This document shows, in pieces, positions 17,961 through 27,509 of a stretch of DNA of 35,916 nucleotides. Source of the DNA: a virus (lineage: Duplodnaviria > Caudoviricetes); the IMG/VR virus record IMGVR_UViG_3300037484_001195, positions 1 to 35,916 of that record, one strand, 5' to 3'. The notes below the pieces were generated by a model, which did no database searches, was not told where the DNA came from, and was given only the letters and a program-made list of their open reading frames with translations. The first letter of the stretch is position 1. Each line of letters begins with the position of its first letter. The position numbers and the translations under genes were made by a program.

Positions 17961-18773
17961 TTATTGCGCAGATAAATACCCACCAATACCACCTATTATA
18001 GCTCCAACAACAGCTCCAACAACAGTTCCTATTCCAGGGTAGACTGACCCTATATATGCTCCAGTAACAGCTCCACTAACAGCACCACCAGCTGCACTTA
18101 ATCCTTTATTCGGCTTAGCTTTTGACATACCGACTGCTGCAGAACCTATAGAACCAAGTAGGGCTCCAGCCTCTCTATAACCATAAAGTGGCCACTTTAC
18201 CTCTTCAGCATCTATATCAACTTGAAAATCATGTTGTTCTTTATATGCAATCGCAACTATTTTTGAATAACTTATCACATCAGTAAATTGCTTTCTCAGC
18301 TGTTCTCCATAGCTCATAATTGAACTCATGACTTCGGCTGTATTTATAAGAGTTAATTTAGCTGCCTCAAGTCCAGCTTTAGCATACAACATTGATTTAC
18401 CTAATCCAAATGAACTAGTTTGTACAGCGTTTATATCTCTCATTTCACCCTCAAACTTTAAAACCTTACTAATATCAAGTTCTGCAACTATGTCAGGTGT
18501 TACATTACTTGCTACAATAGCAAGTTGATCACTCCATGCAGATTTAAATGTACTTAAAGTATTGCCTATAGATGAATAATAACCTACAAAATTTGTAAGA
18601 CTTGTGCTTAAATTACTTATAACTGTCGCAGGATCATATGAAACTAGTCCAGTATATGGGTTAGTTATTGGCACGATTGCATCTACTTCATCCAGCCAAA
18701 GCCCATGTATAGTCTTCATATAATCAGGCCAATCTTTTTTTCCGCTACTACTACTGCCTCCGCCAAATCCCAC
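17961..18773 (-). CDS. Ejection/pilot protein, paralog B
   Basis: MGFGGGSSS N-terminus and C-terminal glycine-zipper hydrophobic segment. GTG start with RBS GGAG. Confidence 0.6.
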   Translation of the reverse strand: MGFGGGSSSSGKKDWPDYMKTIHGLWLDEVDAIVPITNPYTGLVSYDPATVISNLSTSLTNFVGYYSSIGNTLSTFKSAWSDQLAIVASNVTPDIVAELDISKVLKFEGEMRDINAVQTSSFGLGKSMLYAKAGLEAAKLTLINTAEVMSSIMSYGEQLRKQFTDVISYSKIVAIAYKEQHDFQVDIDAEEVKWPLYGYREAGALLGSIGSAAVGMSKAKPNKGLSAAGGAVSGAVTGAYIGSVYPGIGTVVGAVVGAIIGGIGGYLSAQ

Positions 18774-18787
18774 TTAGATCTCCAGTC

Positions 18788-19582
18788 TTATCTTGCAGAT
18801 AAATATCCACCGATTCCACCTATCACAGCACCAGCAGCAGCTCCATATGGATTACCTCCAGAAACAGCAGCACCGGTAGCAGCCCCAGTCATAGCTCCAC
18901 CAAGTGCACTTGCTGCAGCACTAGGCTTACCACCACTTTGCATAGCACCAGCTCCACCTATTGCCCCCAATAAAGCACCAGCTTCACGATAATTAAAGAA
19001 GACCCATTTTGCTTCTTCAGCATCTATCTCTATCTGCATATCTCTAAATTCTTTATATGAAATTATAACTGTTTTTGCATTCTCTAATTCTGCAATAAAC
19101 TGCTCGTGTAGACGCTCACTATACCTCATAGTTAAATCCACAGCCTGGTTCGTATTCATAAGAGCTAATTTACCAGCTTCGAGTCCAACTCTAGCATACA
19201 GCATTGATTTACCAAGGGTGAATGAACTAACCTGTACAGCATTTATATCTCTCATCCCAGACTCAAATTCTGGAACTCCATAAGTATCCAATTCTGCAGT
19301 AATAGCAGCTGTTAGATCAGCTGTAACAGTTGTTAACCAACCACTCCACAGACTCTTAAATGCAGTCAAACTATATCCTATAGATAAATTATATGCTTTA
19401 TAGTTTGTGAGAGCCGTACTTAAGTTACTTATAGGTGTAGCAGGATCATATGCAACCACTCCAGTGTATGGATTAGCAGCTGGAATAATAACATCCAACT
19501 CATTTAACCAAGTCGTATGCTTATCCTGCATATAATCAGGCCAACTACTTTTTCCAGAAGAACCACCGCCACCACTGCCCAT
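18788..19582 (-). CDS. Ejection/pilot protein, paralog A
   Basis: MGSGGGGSS N-terminus and C-terminal glycine zipper. Colinear with 17961-18773. Confidence 0.6.
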   Translation of the reverse strand: MGSGGGGSSGKSSWPDYMQDKHTTWLNELDVIIPAANPYTGVVAYDPATPISNLSTALTNYKAYNLSIGYSLTAFKSLWSGWLTTVTADLTAAITAELDTYGVPEFESGMRDINAVQVSSFTLGKSMLYARVGLEAGKLALMNTNQAVDLTMRYSERLHEQFIAELENAKTVIISYKEFRDMQIEIDAEEAKWVFFNYREAGALLGAIGGAGAMQSGGKPSAAASALGGAMTGAATGAAVSGGNPYGAAAGAVIGGIGGYLSAR

Positions 19583-19583
19583 T

Positions 19584-20036
19584 TTAAACCTCCAACCTTA
19601 AATAAGTAAAGCTTGAGCTTCCGCCCACTCTCTCAAAAAATACCTTTAATCCTTCAACGTTAGTATATGCAGAAATTGCTGTGCATCCCTGAGACTTAGC
19701 ATATTTCTTAATAAGTTCAATCCCCTCAAACAAAACATCTTTAGTTATTAAATGACTACCATACAGTGAATAAATCAATAATTCCTTATTCTCACTATCA
19801 ACTGACTGTGTTAACGCTGTAGACATAATAGCATAAACAGTGGGCTTCTCATCTTCATAAACTACAAATACATGAATCTCCATCTTTCCAGCAAGGATTG
19901 ATTCTAAAACTTTATTCATTCTCTCGCCTGATTTTCTACTATCTGCAATAGGTGGCAGTGCTTGTTCAATAGCATTACCTATCTTCTCCCAATGTCTAAC
20001 GACCTGATCTGGATAAAACTTTAGCATCCGTAGCAT
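19584..20036 (-). CDS. GNAT-fold virion assembly protein (T7 gp13-like position)
   Basis: LLIYSLYG...KYAKSQGCTAISAYT pattern. Lies between the nozzle gene and the ejection genes. Confidence 0.5.
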   Translation of the reverse strand: MLRMLKFYPDQVVRHWEKIGNAIEQALPPIADSRKSGERMNKVLESILAGKMEIHVFVVYEDEKPTVYAIMSTALTQSVDSENKELLIYSLYGSHLITKDVLFEGIELIKKYAKSQGCTAISAYTNVEGLKVFFERVGGSSSFTYLRLEV

Positions 20037-22059
20037 ATGTACCTCGTATCATTCGTTTATCTATATATTTGTATCTGACTGTTAAATAGTCCAAATCAAA
20101 CTTTGTATAATCAGCACCTTTAACTCTCATCTTAAACTCAGTTCCACTAACCAGCGGAGTAACAGCACCAAAATTACTAGCTGTCTTAAACCTACTAGAT
20201 GTAAACACAGTATCTGTCACTTTATATTTAAAGTCAATATTTGAAGTCATAACCTGCCCAGTTGAACCTATCTCCATAACTGTAATAGTTTTTAGAGCAC
20301 GAACTCCAAAATCAAATACATCAGTTGCCATATATGCAGATACATCTGCAGCAACTGCTATTGGACCTATCAATCTCTTATTAGCATCTTCCCAAACCAA
20401 TGATGTAGGATATTGAAACCACTCTGACAATCCCTGTAGAGACAATAAATAGGTTTTAGAGCCATTACTAATATAATAATCTCCAAAGTTTTCATTCTTA
20501 GTTATAATAAGAGTTCCAGACATCGCATTTATAAACTCTCTATATCCAAGATACTCAATCTTCAAATCCTCTCCTATTCTCCACACTTCCTTATTTGAAT
20601 TAATAAAAAGATGTTCATGTTCATCACCCTCTGCACAGAATGTTGAAGGAATTCCAAAACTTTTAAGAGGCACGATTCCAAAAGTAGGTTCTGGCTTTGA
20701 AACAGCTTTCATATAAAATATTTTATCTGAACAATAAACCATAACTCCATTACCTAATGGAAGAACTCTATGTATAGTCGAAGTTGGTCCAACTCTATAA
20801 TTTCCACTAGTTCTCTTATATGGCTTCATTGGAGCACCAGTTCGTGGGTAGGTAGAAGAAGTTTCGTTATATGTATAAGTTACTATTAATTTTGGAGCAT
20901 TTGTCACGCCAAAATAGTTATAAGTTCGTGGAAATCTGCAGGCATTTGTAGGTGAGGCATTATCCTTCATAAGTAACATTACATCATTTCCAGAAGCCCA
21001 CCCAGACTTGTCTATAACAGCCTGTAAGATAGTTACTAAACTTGGAGTATCATATGTCTGATTAGTAACCCAAACACTAGTTAAATCCCATGCAACTGGA
21101 CTTCCTAAAGCAAGCGCATCTGCTTGTGCAGCAGATGTTGGTGCAGTTGCATCAGCTACATCATTAAAATAAAGATTAGCTTGACATCCAGTTATTGATG
21201 GACTCTGACCGTGGCACTCAACTCTAACAATAGCAGATACTATAGTTGCCCCAGCTGGAATAGTGATGTTTTGAAATCTAATAAAATTACTATAACTAAA
21301 TCCACCAAGCTCACCCACTATTGCCGAGTACTCAGACGTATTAAACTGACTAGTTCCAGGAGCCCAGTATCCATCGTCACTATTTGATAAAGGAGTAAAA
21401 GTACCACTACCAGCTACACCTGTACTAAGACTAAGTGCTCTATCTATAAATCCATAATCTGCACTAAACATAACAGCTGGATTTACTGAACCTATCTCAC
21501 TCCATACAACTAAGTTATCCTTAGTTCCTCCAATCGTTTCAGTATCTAAAATATATACTCCAGCTATTAATTGTCCCCTAAAATTACATACACACTTAAC
21601 TGGAGGAGCGACTCCTCCAACTGTAATCTCACTCCACTCATAACTTGTTAAAGCAGTTGCAAGCTGTCTCTTAACCATAAGACCAATGCCAGACCATATC
21701 TGAAAATATCCAAAGTCTGCTACTGTAAATCTTGTATTTATACTAGCTTTTGTAAACATAGTTGATAATGAATAATCACTAGCTACTTTTTTAATTGTAA
21801 GTGAGCCTGAAGCATAGTTTACAAAATACAAACCTGTATCAGTAAGGGTAAGATCATGAATTTTTACAAGTTGTGGAAGTGGCCAGCTTACCGCCGGAGT
21901 CCCCGAGATTGGATATATAATGAGGGGGGGCACTTCTAAGCCAGCCACTCCACACCTTGTATTATATAGTTCAGTCGCATAACCAGAATTACGAGGCATA
22001 TTCACATCTGGTCTTAAACCCTTTGTAAAGTCAGATAATGTCTGTGCAAACTCTCTCAT
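19996..22059 (-). CDS. Tail nozzle / head-closure protein (P22 gp10 / T7 gp12-like) with inserted beta-sandwich domain
   Basis: DFTKGL N-terminus, propeller-like segments (FRGQLIAG, NLVVWSEIG) and C-terminal FKMRVKG. Follows the adaptor gene. Confidence 0.55.
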   Translation of the reverse strand: MREFAQTLSDFTKGLRPDVNMPRNSGYATELYNTRCGVAGLEVPPLIIYPISGTPAVSWPLPQLVKIHDLTLTDTGLYFVNYASGSLTIKKVASDYSLSTMFTKASINTRFTVADFGYFQIWSGIGLMVKRQLATALTSYEWSEITVGGVAPPVKCVCNFRGQLIAGVYILDTETIGGTKDNLVVWSEIGSVNPAVMFSADYGFIDRALSLSTGVAGSGTFTPLSNSDDGYWAPGTSQFNTSEYSAIVGELGGFSYSNFIRFQNITIPAGATIVSAIVRVECHGQSPSITGCQANLYFNDVADATAPTSAAQADALALGSPVAWDLTSVWVTNQTYDTPSLVTILQAVIDKSGWASGNDVMLLMKDNASPTNACRFPRTYNYFGVTNAPKLIVTYTYNETSSTYPRTGAPMKPYKRTSGNYRVGPTSTIHRVLPLGNGVMVYCSDKIFYMKAVSKPEPTFGIVPLKSFGIPSTFCAEGDEHEHLFINSNKEVWRIGEDLKIEYLGYREFINAMSGTLIITKNENFGDYYISNGSKTYLLSLQGLSEWFQYPTSLVWEDANKRLIGPIAVAADVSAYMATDVFDFGVRALKTITVMEIGSTGQVMTSNIDFKYKVTDTVFTSSRFKTASNFGAVTPLVSGTEFKMRVKGADYTKFDLDYLTVRYKYIDKRMIRGTYATDAKVLSRSGR

Positions 22060-22060
22060 T

Positions 22061-22606
22061 TCATCTCTCTATCATCTCAAGCTCAACTGGAGCAAGAAGA
22101 TCAGCAAGTGGAAGTTCCTCACTAACATTAATCGTATCAACAAAATCAACTCTCTTCCGAATAGAAGTTTCTGGCTCTAATACAAGACTATACCAAACAC
22201 CAAATGCCTTTGTATTAATCAAAACCTCCATTCGACTATTAGCTGCAACTGCAAAGTTAACAACTTCATTAATAGATAATTTCTTAGACGGAAATTCTCT
22301 CTTAATTTCAGTTCCATTTTCTTGATATGTCTTGATACAAAGCCTCAGAACACCTTTTTTAAGAAGTTCTTCATCTTCCAACCTCTCTATAAATAATGAA
22401 ACCTTTGTAATAAATCCAGAGATTGGAAACATCCCTCTAGCTATCACTCCATCATCAACTTGATTACAATAACCCATTACTATAATAGGAGTCAGTGGAG
22501 CAACAATACTCCTTGCAGCAATTCGTCTTTCAAGCTGACTTAATGCCTTATCAGCACTTGCAAACTTTTCATCAACACTATCCCCTCTTATGATGGCGTG
22601 TCCCAT
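22061..22606 (-). CDS. Hypothetical structural protein
   Basis: In the tail operon; RBS GGAG. Confidence 0.55.
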   Translation of the reverse strand: MGHAIIRGDSVDEKFASADKALSQLERRIAARSIVAPLTPIIVMGYCNQVDDGVIARGMFPISGFITKVSLFIERLEDEELLKKGVLRLCIKTYQENGTEIKREFPSKKLSINEVVNFAVAANSRMEVLINTKAFGVWYSLVLEPETSIRKRVDFVDTINVSEELPLADLLAPVELEMIER

Positions 22607-23334
22607 ACTTTTATCTCCATACTTGAAATTCCAGTTATTTGTTCTTCCACAAGATCCATATCAAGACCATCAGTTATTTCCTTAACAGCTGCCTTCCAAT
22701 CTTTCGCACCTTCACTATTCCTATATGAGAGTTCCATCATAAAAGCAGCCGCAAAAATCAATAATAGTTCATTTTCCTCAGTCCAGTATGATTTATCAGT
22801 GTCTGCAGATAATGAAGGTGAATAAAATAGACCCCTCACTTCTAATGTATACTTACTAGATACATCAACAGGTGGCTTTAACAAAATAGCATTATAAGTT
22901 TCATGACTAGTCAACTTCATATCTTCAACTGCCCACACCTGATTTAATCCTGTTGAAGTTAGATCATGAGGATATGGTCTAATAACAATAGGTGCATAAT
23001 ACTCAGGAGGCCCAGCAGTCAAATTGGCAGTCGGCTCATTATAATAATCTCTCAATGTTTTAGCATCTTCAACATCCAACTTATATCTGTAGTCTGCATC
23101 ATAAAGCCAAACTTCCTTAAACGATCTAACATTTTCAAGTGAGACAATAACTTGTCCTGCGGTTAAATTAGTAAAATGTCTAGCTTCAACCTTACCCCTA
23201 TTAAACAACCTATCTAAATAGCGTTGCCCAGCATTTATAAAAAAGCCAGCATCAAATGCAGCGGCTGGATCGCTTAGATCAGCTCTTCCAGTTATTTCAA
23301 TGAATTTAGCTTTTACTAATGAAAACTGAGACAT
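22588..23334 (-). CDS. Head-tail adaptor (tail tubular A-like)
   Basis: FFINAGQRYL, GPPEYY and LLIFAA motifs; downstream of the MCP. Start moved to ATG 23334. Confidence 0.6.
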   Translation of the reverse strand: MSQFSLVKAKFIEITGRADLSDPAAAFDAGFFINAGQRYLDRLFNRGKVEARHFTNLTAGQVIVSLENVRSFKEVWLYDADYRYKLDVEDAKTLRDYYNEPTANLTAGPPEYYAPIVIRPYPHDLTSTGLNQVWAVEDMKLTSHETYNAILLKPPVDVSSKYTLEVRGLFYSPSLSADTDKSYWTEENELLLIFAAAFMMELSYRNSEGAKDWKAAVKEITDGLDMDLVEEQITGISSMEIKVWDTPS

Positions 23335-23491
23335 CTTGCTCACCACCTTTTTTTGATATTAACTTACACAATCTTCGACATTTTCGCCAGGGATCTAAAA
23401 ATCTATTACCACACTTTTGACAAAACGGAAAGTCTCCAAATCCTAACAGCTCGCCACACCTTTTACAGCTAAATTGCATTTCATCCACCAC
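23306..23491 (-). CDS. Small zinc-ribbon protein
   Basis: CKRCG...FCQKCG. Starts immediately after palindrome copy 6. Confidence 0.4.
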   Translation of the reverse strand: MVDEMQFSCKRCGELLGFGDFPFCQKCGNRFLDPWRKCRRLCKLISKKGGEQDVSVFISKS

Positions 23492-23492
23492 C

Positions 23493-23516
23493 CTTTGTTC
23501 AAAATATTAAACATAG
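23493..23516. repeat. 24-bp quasi-palindrome, copy 6
   Basis: CTTTGTTCAAAATATTAAACATAG, overlapping the MCP terminator stem. Confidence 0.9.
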
Positions 23517-23544
23517 GTGACAGCCTCCTCAGACTGCCACCTAT
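23501..23544 (-). terminator. Intrinsic terminator-like hairpin after the MCP
   Basis: Minus strand reads ATAGGTGGCAGTC-TGAGGA-GGCTGTCACCTAT (13 bp, including G-U), followed by GTTTAATATTTT. Confidence 0.6.
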
Positions 23545-23562
23545 CTTACTACATATTAAAGA

Positions 23563-24924
23563 TTAAGAAAGATCGTTGTCTTTCCCAACTCCATCCAGTA
23601 CCATGAAAGTATCAGGATGCCACAGTTCAAGACCGCACTCGGTCAAAAACTCTTCATTGGTTGCGTCAACTCTTGAAGAGTTAGTTCCAGGACCAGCCTG
23701 CTTCGCTTCACCTTCACCAAAGAAAGTGGTATCAGTGATGAACCGATAAACCAGATTTTTAGGTTCACAAAGAAGCATGCTATATCGAGTCGTTTCTTCC
23801 TGGCTCATTAAGGGATGAGTCTTTAAGTAGATACTACCAAAAGGCGTAACCCACTCAGTAACTTTAATCCCATATACAGTTTCTCGAGGCTGTAAGTTGA
23901 CATGTCCACCACTCTTCGCTAACTGATTTAAGCCAAGCAAAGCACCAGAGCCACACAGTGCCAGTTTTTCAGCAGCGCCATATCTGAAAACCAACTCTAA
24001 AAAGGCGTCAATCCAGGCTTCACCACCACCAGCTTCATCCCAATCTTTACCAGTATAAGTGGTATTCAGACGATAATCATTGTAGTTAGCTACAACATTA
24101 TCTCTCACAAAGCTGATAAGACCCTGAGTCGTTCGGGTAGGCTTAGTACCATCAGTATCAGTACCACTAGCTTCACTAGGAATTCCAAACAGGAACGCTT
24201 TTTCCATCTCAATTCCGTGGAGCTCCAGTGCTTCCCGTTTCATCTCTTTATAAGCATCTCCAGTGCGCAGGCGAGTTTCGCGAGCGGTACGAGTGATGCT
24301 CAGAGGCGTTCGGAAAATCTGAGTGAAGTTATAATACTTTACAGGATTGTAATTCAAAGCGGTGGGCATAGCAGCACCTTCCGCATTGATGTTACCAGCT
24401 ACCATTGCACGATCGCAGCTTGACAGGTTATGACTAACAGAGCCACGAATATCAAAACTGTTATCATCATCCTCCAACAGTTTCACCGTTAGATATGAAG
24501 AGGCACCGTTCACAGTTCGGGCTGTAATCTGTCCGTTTACAATCATGTAAGAATCGGAAGCATCTCTCAAAAGAATCTGATGCCCAACTCTAAACTCAGC
24601 GATTGTTGCAGCTGCCATTTTAAAATAGACAACTGTGTCAGCCACAGCACCAACTGCAGGCTCCACATAGGAAGCAGCATAAGTCGTAGTGAGGTTTGTG
24701 CTTAAATAAACACCAGTAACTGCCCCAGCCTGCTCCGGCAGCTTTTTCGTCCACCAGTAAAACTGAGGATCAGATACTTTCTCATTTTTCATTTTAGACA
24801 GTAACGCTGTCAGCGGAACCATACCGTTAGGATACAAAAACAGAATCAGTTCCCGCCAGGACTTAGGCCTCTGGTCAGTTGCCCAGGAGCCAGTTCCACG
24901 AGTTCCTAAAAAAGAATCAGCCAT
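23563..24924 (-). CDS. Major capsid protein (SU10 / DUF5309-like family)
   Basis: YNFTQIFRT, EMEKAFLFG, RTTQGL and TPFGSI motifs. Follows portal and scaffold; strong RBS and downstream terminator. Confidence 0.85.
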   Translation of the reverse strand: MADSFLGTRGTGSWATDQRPKSWRELILFLYPNGMVPLTALLSKMKNEKVSDPQFYWWTKKLPEQAGAVTGVYLSTNLTTTYAASYVEPAVGAVADTVVYFKMAAATIAEFRVGHQILLRDASDSYMIVNGQITARTVNGASSYLTVKLLEDDDNSFDIRGSVSHNLSSCDRAMVAGNINAEGAAMPTALNYNPVKYYNFTQIFRTPLSITRTARETRLRTGDAYKEMKREALELHGIEMEKAFLFGIPSEASGTDTDGTKPTRTTQGLISFVRDNVVANYNDYRLNTTYTGKDWDEAGGGEAWIDAFLELVFRYGAAEKLALCGSGALLGLNQLAKSGGHVNLQPRETVYGIKVTEWVTPFGSIYLKTHPLMSQEETTRYSMLLCEPKNLVYRFITDTTFFGEGEAKQAGPGTNSSRVDATNEEFLTECGLELWHPDTFMVLDGVGKDNDLS

Positions 24925-24952
24925 TTGAATTACTCCCTCTTTTTTTAATAAT

Positions 24953-24973
24953 GCCTCTGAATGACCCAGAGGC
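24953..24973 (-). promoter_or_regulatory. Hairpin in the MCP 5' leader
   Basis: GCCTCTG-N7-CAGAGGC, just upstream of the MCP RBS. Confidence 0.4.
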
Positions 24974-24995
24974 GAGGTACTCTCTTATGAATTAT

Positions 24996-25019
24996 CTTTG
25001 TTCAAAATATTAAACAAAG
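24996..25019. repeat. 24-bp quasi-palindrome, copy 7
   Basis: CTTTGTTCAAAATATTAAACAAAG, abutting the TAG at 25020-25022 (- strand). Confidence 0.9.
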
Positions 25020-25199
25020 CTATATAGCGGGTTCCTCAACTATATGAATGACATGAGGCTCAGTTGGACTTGGAGGTCCAAAAATAGCTGCAGCTCCAAT
25101 TATAGCATCATCATATGCTACTTTTGCATTAGGCTTGTCAGTATATACAACTACCAAACTCGTACTATTCTTAATCATGGTCACTTTATATATTGGCAT
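25020..25199 (-). CDS. Hypothetical protein, 59 aa (not in ORF track)
   Basis: RBS GAGGTG; MPIYKVTMIKNSTSLVVVY...VEEPAI*. Confidence 0.6.
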   Translation of the reverse strand: MPIYKVTMIKNSTSLVVVYTDKPNAKVAYDDAIIGAAAIFGPPSPTEPHVIHIVEEPAI

Positions 25200-25213
25200 A
25201 ACTACACCTCTTT

Positions 25214-26674
25214 TTATGTTCCAGTCGTACTATATACGTTGATATAGCCAAGATTACCATTAGGCATTGTAACCAAAATCTGCCCAGCTATAGTCGTTGC
25301 CGCACCAGTAATCACTGCAAAACATGTAGTCGCATCAACAAAGTTAATTAGTGCAGTAAATGCTCCAGTAATTCTTAAAGCAGCATCCCAAGTTCCTGCC
25401 ATATTCCAGATACAAATACCTGTTGCCTCAGTTGCTTTTGTTCCACCTGCCTGATCTAATACAACCTGAATACCACGATGAACAGAACCTGCTCCACCAG
25501 CACCATAGTTACGCATAACAATATTAGCACCAATAGCAGTTCCAACATCTCCAGCAAGTGCATTATAAGCAATAGCTTCAAGACCGCATAGAATAGCTTG
25601 AGCAGTCATATCATTAGAAGCATGATTATGTTTAGCAATAAACTGCCCACCGTAGATGTTACCATCTGCCAAAACTGCCGTATTTGTAACTACAACTTTT
25701 GCACCAATAACTCCATCATTATCAGTAAGGAAAGCCCCAGAAGTTGCAATCTTTAGATCAATACCTTCAAATCCACCAGCAGCTGCCGAATAGGTACCCA
25801 CCATCTTTAAAATAGACGATCCACGTCCACCTGAATAGGTGATATTAGTTCCAGTTAGGAAGGTGCTATCTGTAACCATAACTAAATCAGCAATCTGATT
25901 TTCAAGAGTCTGTGAAGCAAACGTCTTAGCTACAGTAATAGACAGGGTTGCATCCTCAATTTTAAGTCCATTTGTCGTGGCTCCAGAAATGCTAATTCCA
26001 GTTGACAATAAGCCAGCACTTTCAATCCTAATACCATAATCAATATTAGCAGCACCACTCTGATTCGTAGCAAGAATCAATGCAGACAACCCACTGCTTA
26101 AACTAACTAACCTATTTGAGTCAGCCCAAATTGATGCCAAATACTTACAAGCTGTCAAAGTGCTTCCAACACAGGAAGAAATTCCACCATATAGGCCGGC
26201 AACACAAACACCTGCCCCATTTACAACTCCACCTGCATTTGCTGAAAATAAACCTCCAACAAGCCAACTCCCAGTTGTGTAATCAGTCCCTGACAGCGTC
26301 TTCCCAGCATCCAAATAAGCAACACCAAGAATAGCTCTCATGATACCAGCAGAACTCACGTTTAAATGAAAGTGAGATGCAATACCATCCATAGTTCCAA
26401 TAGTATCTTTAAACTCACCTTTAAACTCATTTGCCACAACCTGATCAGTTACAAGCGTACTTGAAGCAGCAAGTGCATGACAGTGCGCTTTGATAGTTGG
26501 CCCAGTATTTGCCAGCTTATTAATATTTAATGCTACACCAGTTACTCCAGTTATTGTAAGTGGACTTACCACTCCTACTGCTGCTGTTAAGGCACCGGTC
26601 ACTTGTAGTGCACCTTCAAATACATGCCTTTTAAAAAGGCTCCAAAGCCTTCTATCCAAACTCGAAGTACTCAT
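25214..26674 (-). CDS. Gly/Ala/Thr-rich beta-structured virion protein (head fibre/decoration candidate)
   Basis: 486 aa of repetitive beta-strand sequence, between scaffold and MCP. RBS GGAGG. Confidence 0.5.
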   Translation of the reverse strand: MSTSSLDRRLWSLFKRHVFEGALQVTGALTAAVGVVSPLTITGVTGVALNINKLANTGPTIKAHCHALAASSTLVTDQVVANEFKGEFKDTIGTMDGIASHFHLNVSSAGIMRAILGVAYLDAGKTLSGTDYTTGSWLVGGLFSANAGGVVNGAGVCVAGLYGGISSCVGSTLTACKYLASIWADSNRLVSLSSGLSALILATNQSGAANIDYGIRIESAGLLSTGISISGATTNGLKIEDATLSITVAKTFASQTLENQIADLVMVTDSTFLTGTNITYSGGRGSSILKMVGTYSAAAGGFEGIDLKIATSGAFLTDNDGVIGAKVVVTNTAVLADGNIYGGQFIAKHNHASNDMTAQAILCGLEAIAYNALAGDVGTAIGANIVMRNYGAGGAGSVHRGIQVVLDQAGGTKATEATGICIWNMAGTWDAALRITGAFTALINFVDATTCFAVITGAATTIAGQILVTMPNGNLGYINVYSTTGT

Positions 26675-26693
26675 TTAATTCCTCCACACGAAG

Positions 26694-26717
26694 GCCGAAC
26701 CGTCTTTCAACGTCGGC
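26694..26717 (-). promoter_or_regulatory. GAAA-tetraloop hairpin in 5' leader
   Basis: Minus strand reads GCCGA-CGTT-GAAA-GACG-GT-TCGGC. Confidence 0.4.
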
Positions 26718-26723
26718 AAATTG

Positions 26724-26747
26724 CTTTGTTCAATATTTTGAACAAAG
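26724..26747. repeat. 24-bp quasi-palindrome, copy 8
   Basis: CTTTGTTCAATATTTTGAACAAAG, abutting the scaffold TAA. Confidence 0.9.
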
Positions 26748-27509
26748 TTACATCAAATCCATAATCTCATTTTCAATCGGAGTCAACTCCGGTTTCTTCT
26801 CCCCTGGCACTCTTGCACCAACTTTTTTACCTGGCTGTGCAGGTGTATTTGATACTGCAGCAGCTTTCAACCCAATCCTCTTCCTAACTTCCCCAGGCAA
26901 TTCTGTAAACAATTTCTCAAGTGTCCAGTCAGGATTCTTTCCACTTAAATCATTAGACACATACCCAACAAACTCTTTGTGCGTTTTCAAGTCCTCATTA
27001 CCTTCAAAAAACTTAGACACTCTACTTTGGACTTCCATCTGTGCCTTAATAGTATTATTAATAACCTGCGGCATTGTCTTCAGCACAGTTTGAACAGCAG
27101 CATTTGCAACTCTCCCCATCACTTCACTCATCACTTCAGGCTTCTCAAATGCGGCTTCATACTCTGCCTTATCTTTAAAGAATCCCATCCCATAAACCGG
27201 CTCTTCTTTTTTAACTTCTTCCTTCACAACCTCAGCTTTTTTAGGTGCTGATAATGCTGCAACTTGTGCAACCAAAGTCTTAACCTGATCTGTTAAAGTT
27301 GAAATAGCAGTATCTTTTTCATCAACTTTAGGTTCTTCTTTAGGTGTCTCTTTCGGAGTTTCCTTAATTTCCTCTTTAGGTGTTTCCTTAAGATCTTCCT
27401 TAGGAGTTTCTTTAGGCTCTCCATCTACTACAGGAGGAGCATAATCACTAAACAATTCTCCAATTTGATTAACTTGACTAACAGCAACTCCACTCTCATT
27501 CTCCGCCAT
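26748..27509 (-). CDS. Capsid scaffolding protein (putative)
   Basis: Low-complexity KETPKE repeats and coiled coil; lies between portal and MCP. Confidence 0.65.
   Translation of the reverse strand: MAENESGVAVSQVNQIGELFSDYAPPVVDGEPKETPKEDLKETPKEEIKETPKETPKEEPKVDEKDTAISTLTDQVKTLVAQVAALSAPKKAEVVKEEVKKEEPVYGMGFFKDKAEYEAAFEKPEVMSEVMGRVANAAVQTVLKTMPQVINNTIKAQMEVQSRVSKFFEGNEDLKTHKEFVGYVSNDLSGKNPDWTLEKLFTELPGEVRKRIGLKAAAVSNTPAQPGKKVGARVPGEKKPELTPIENEIMDLM

Noticed and set aside
27330-27420. Tandem repeat in the scaffold gene
   Set aside because: It is a degenerate coding repeat (KETPKE), ordinary for scaffold linkers.
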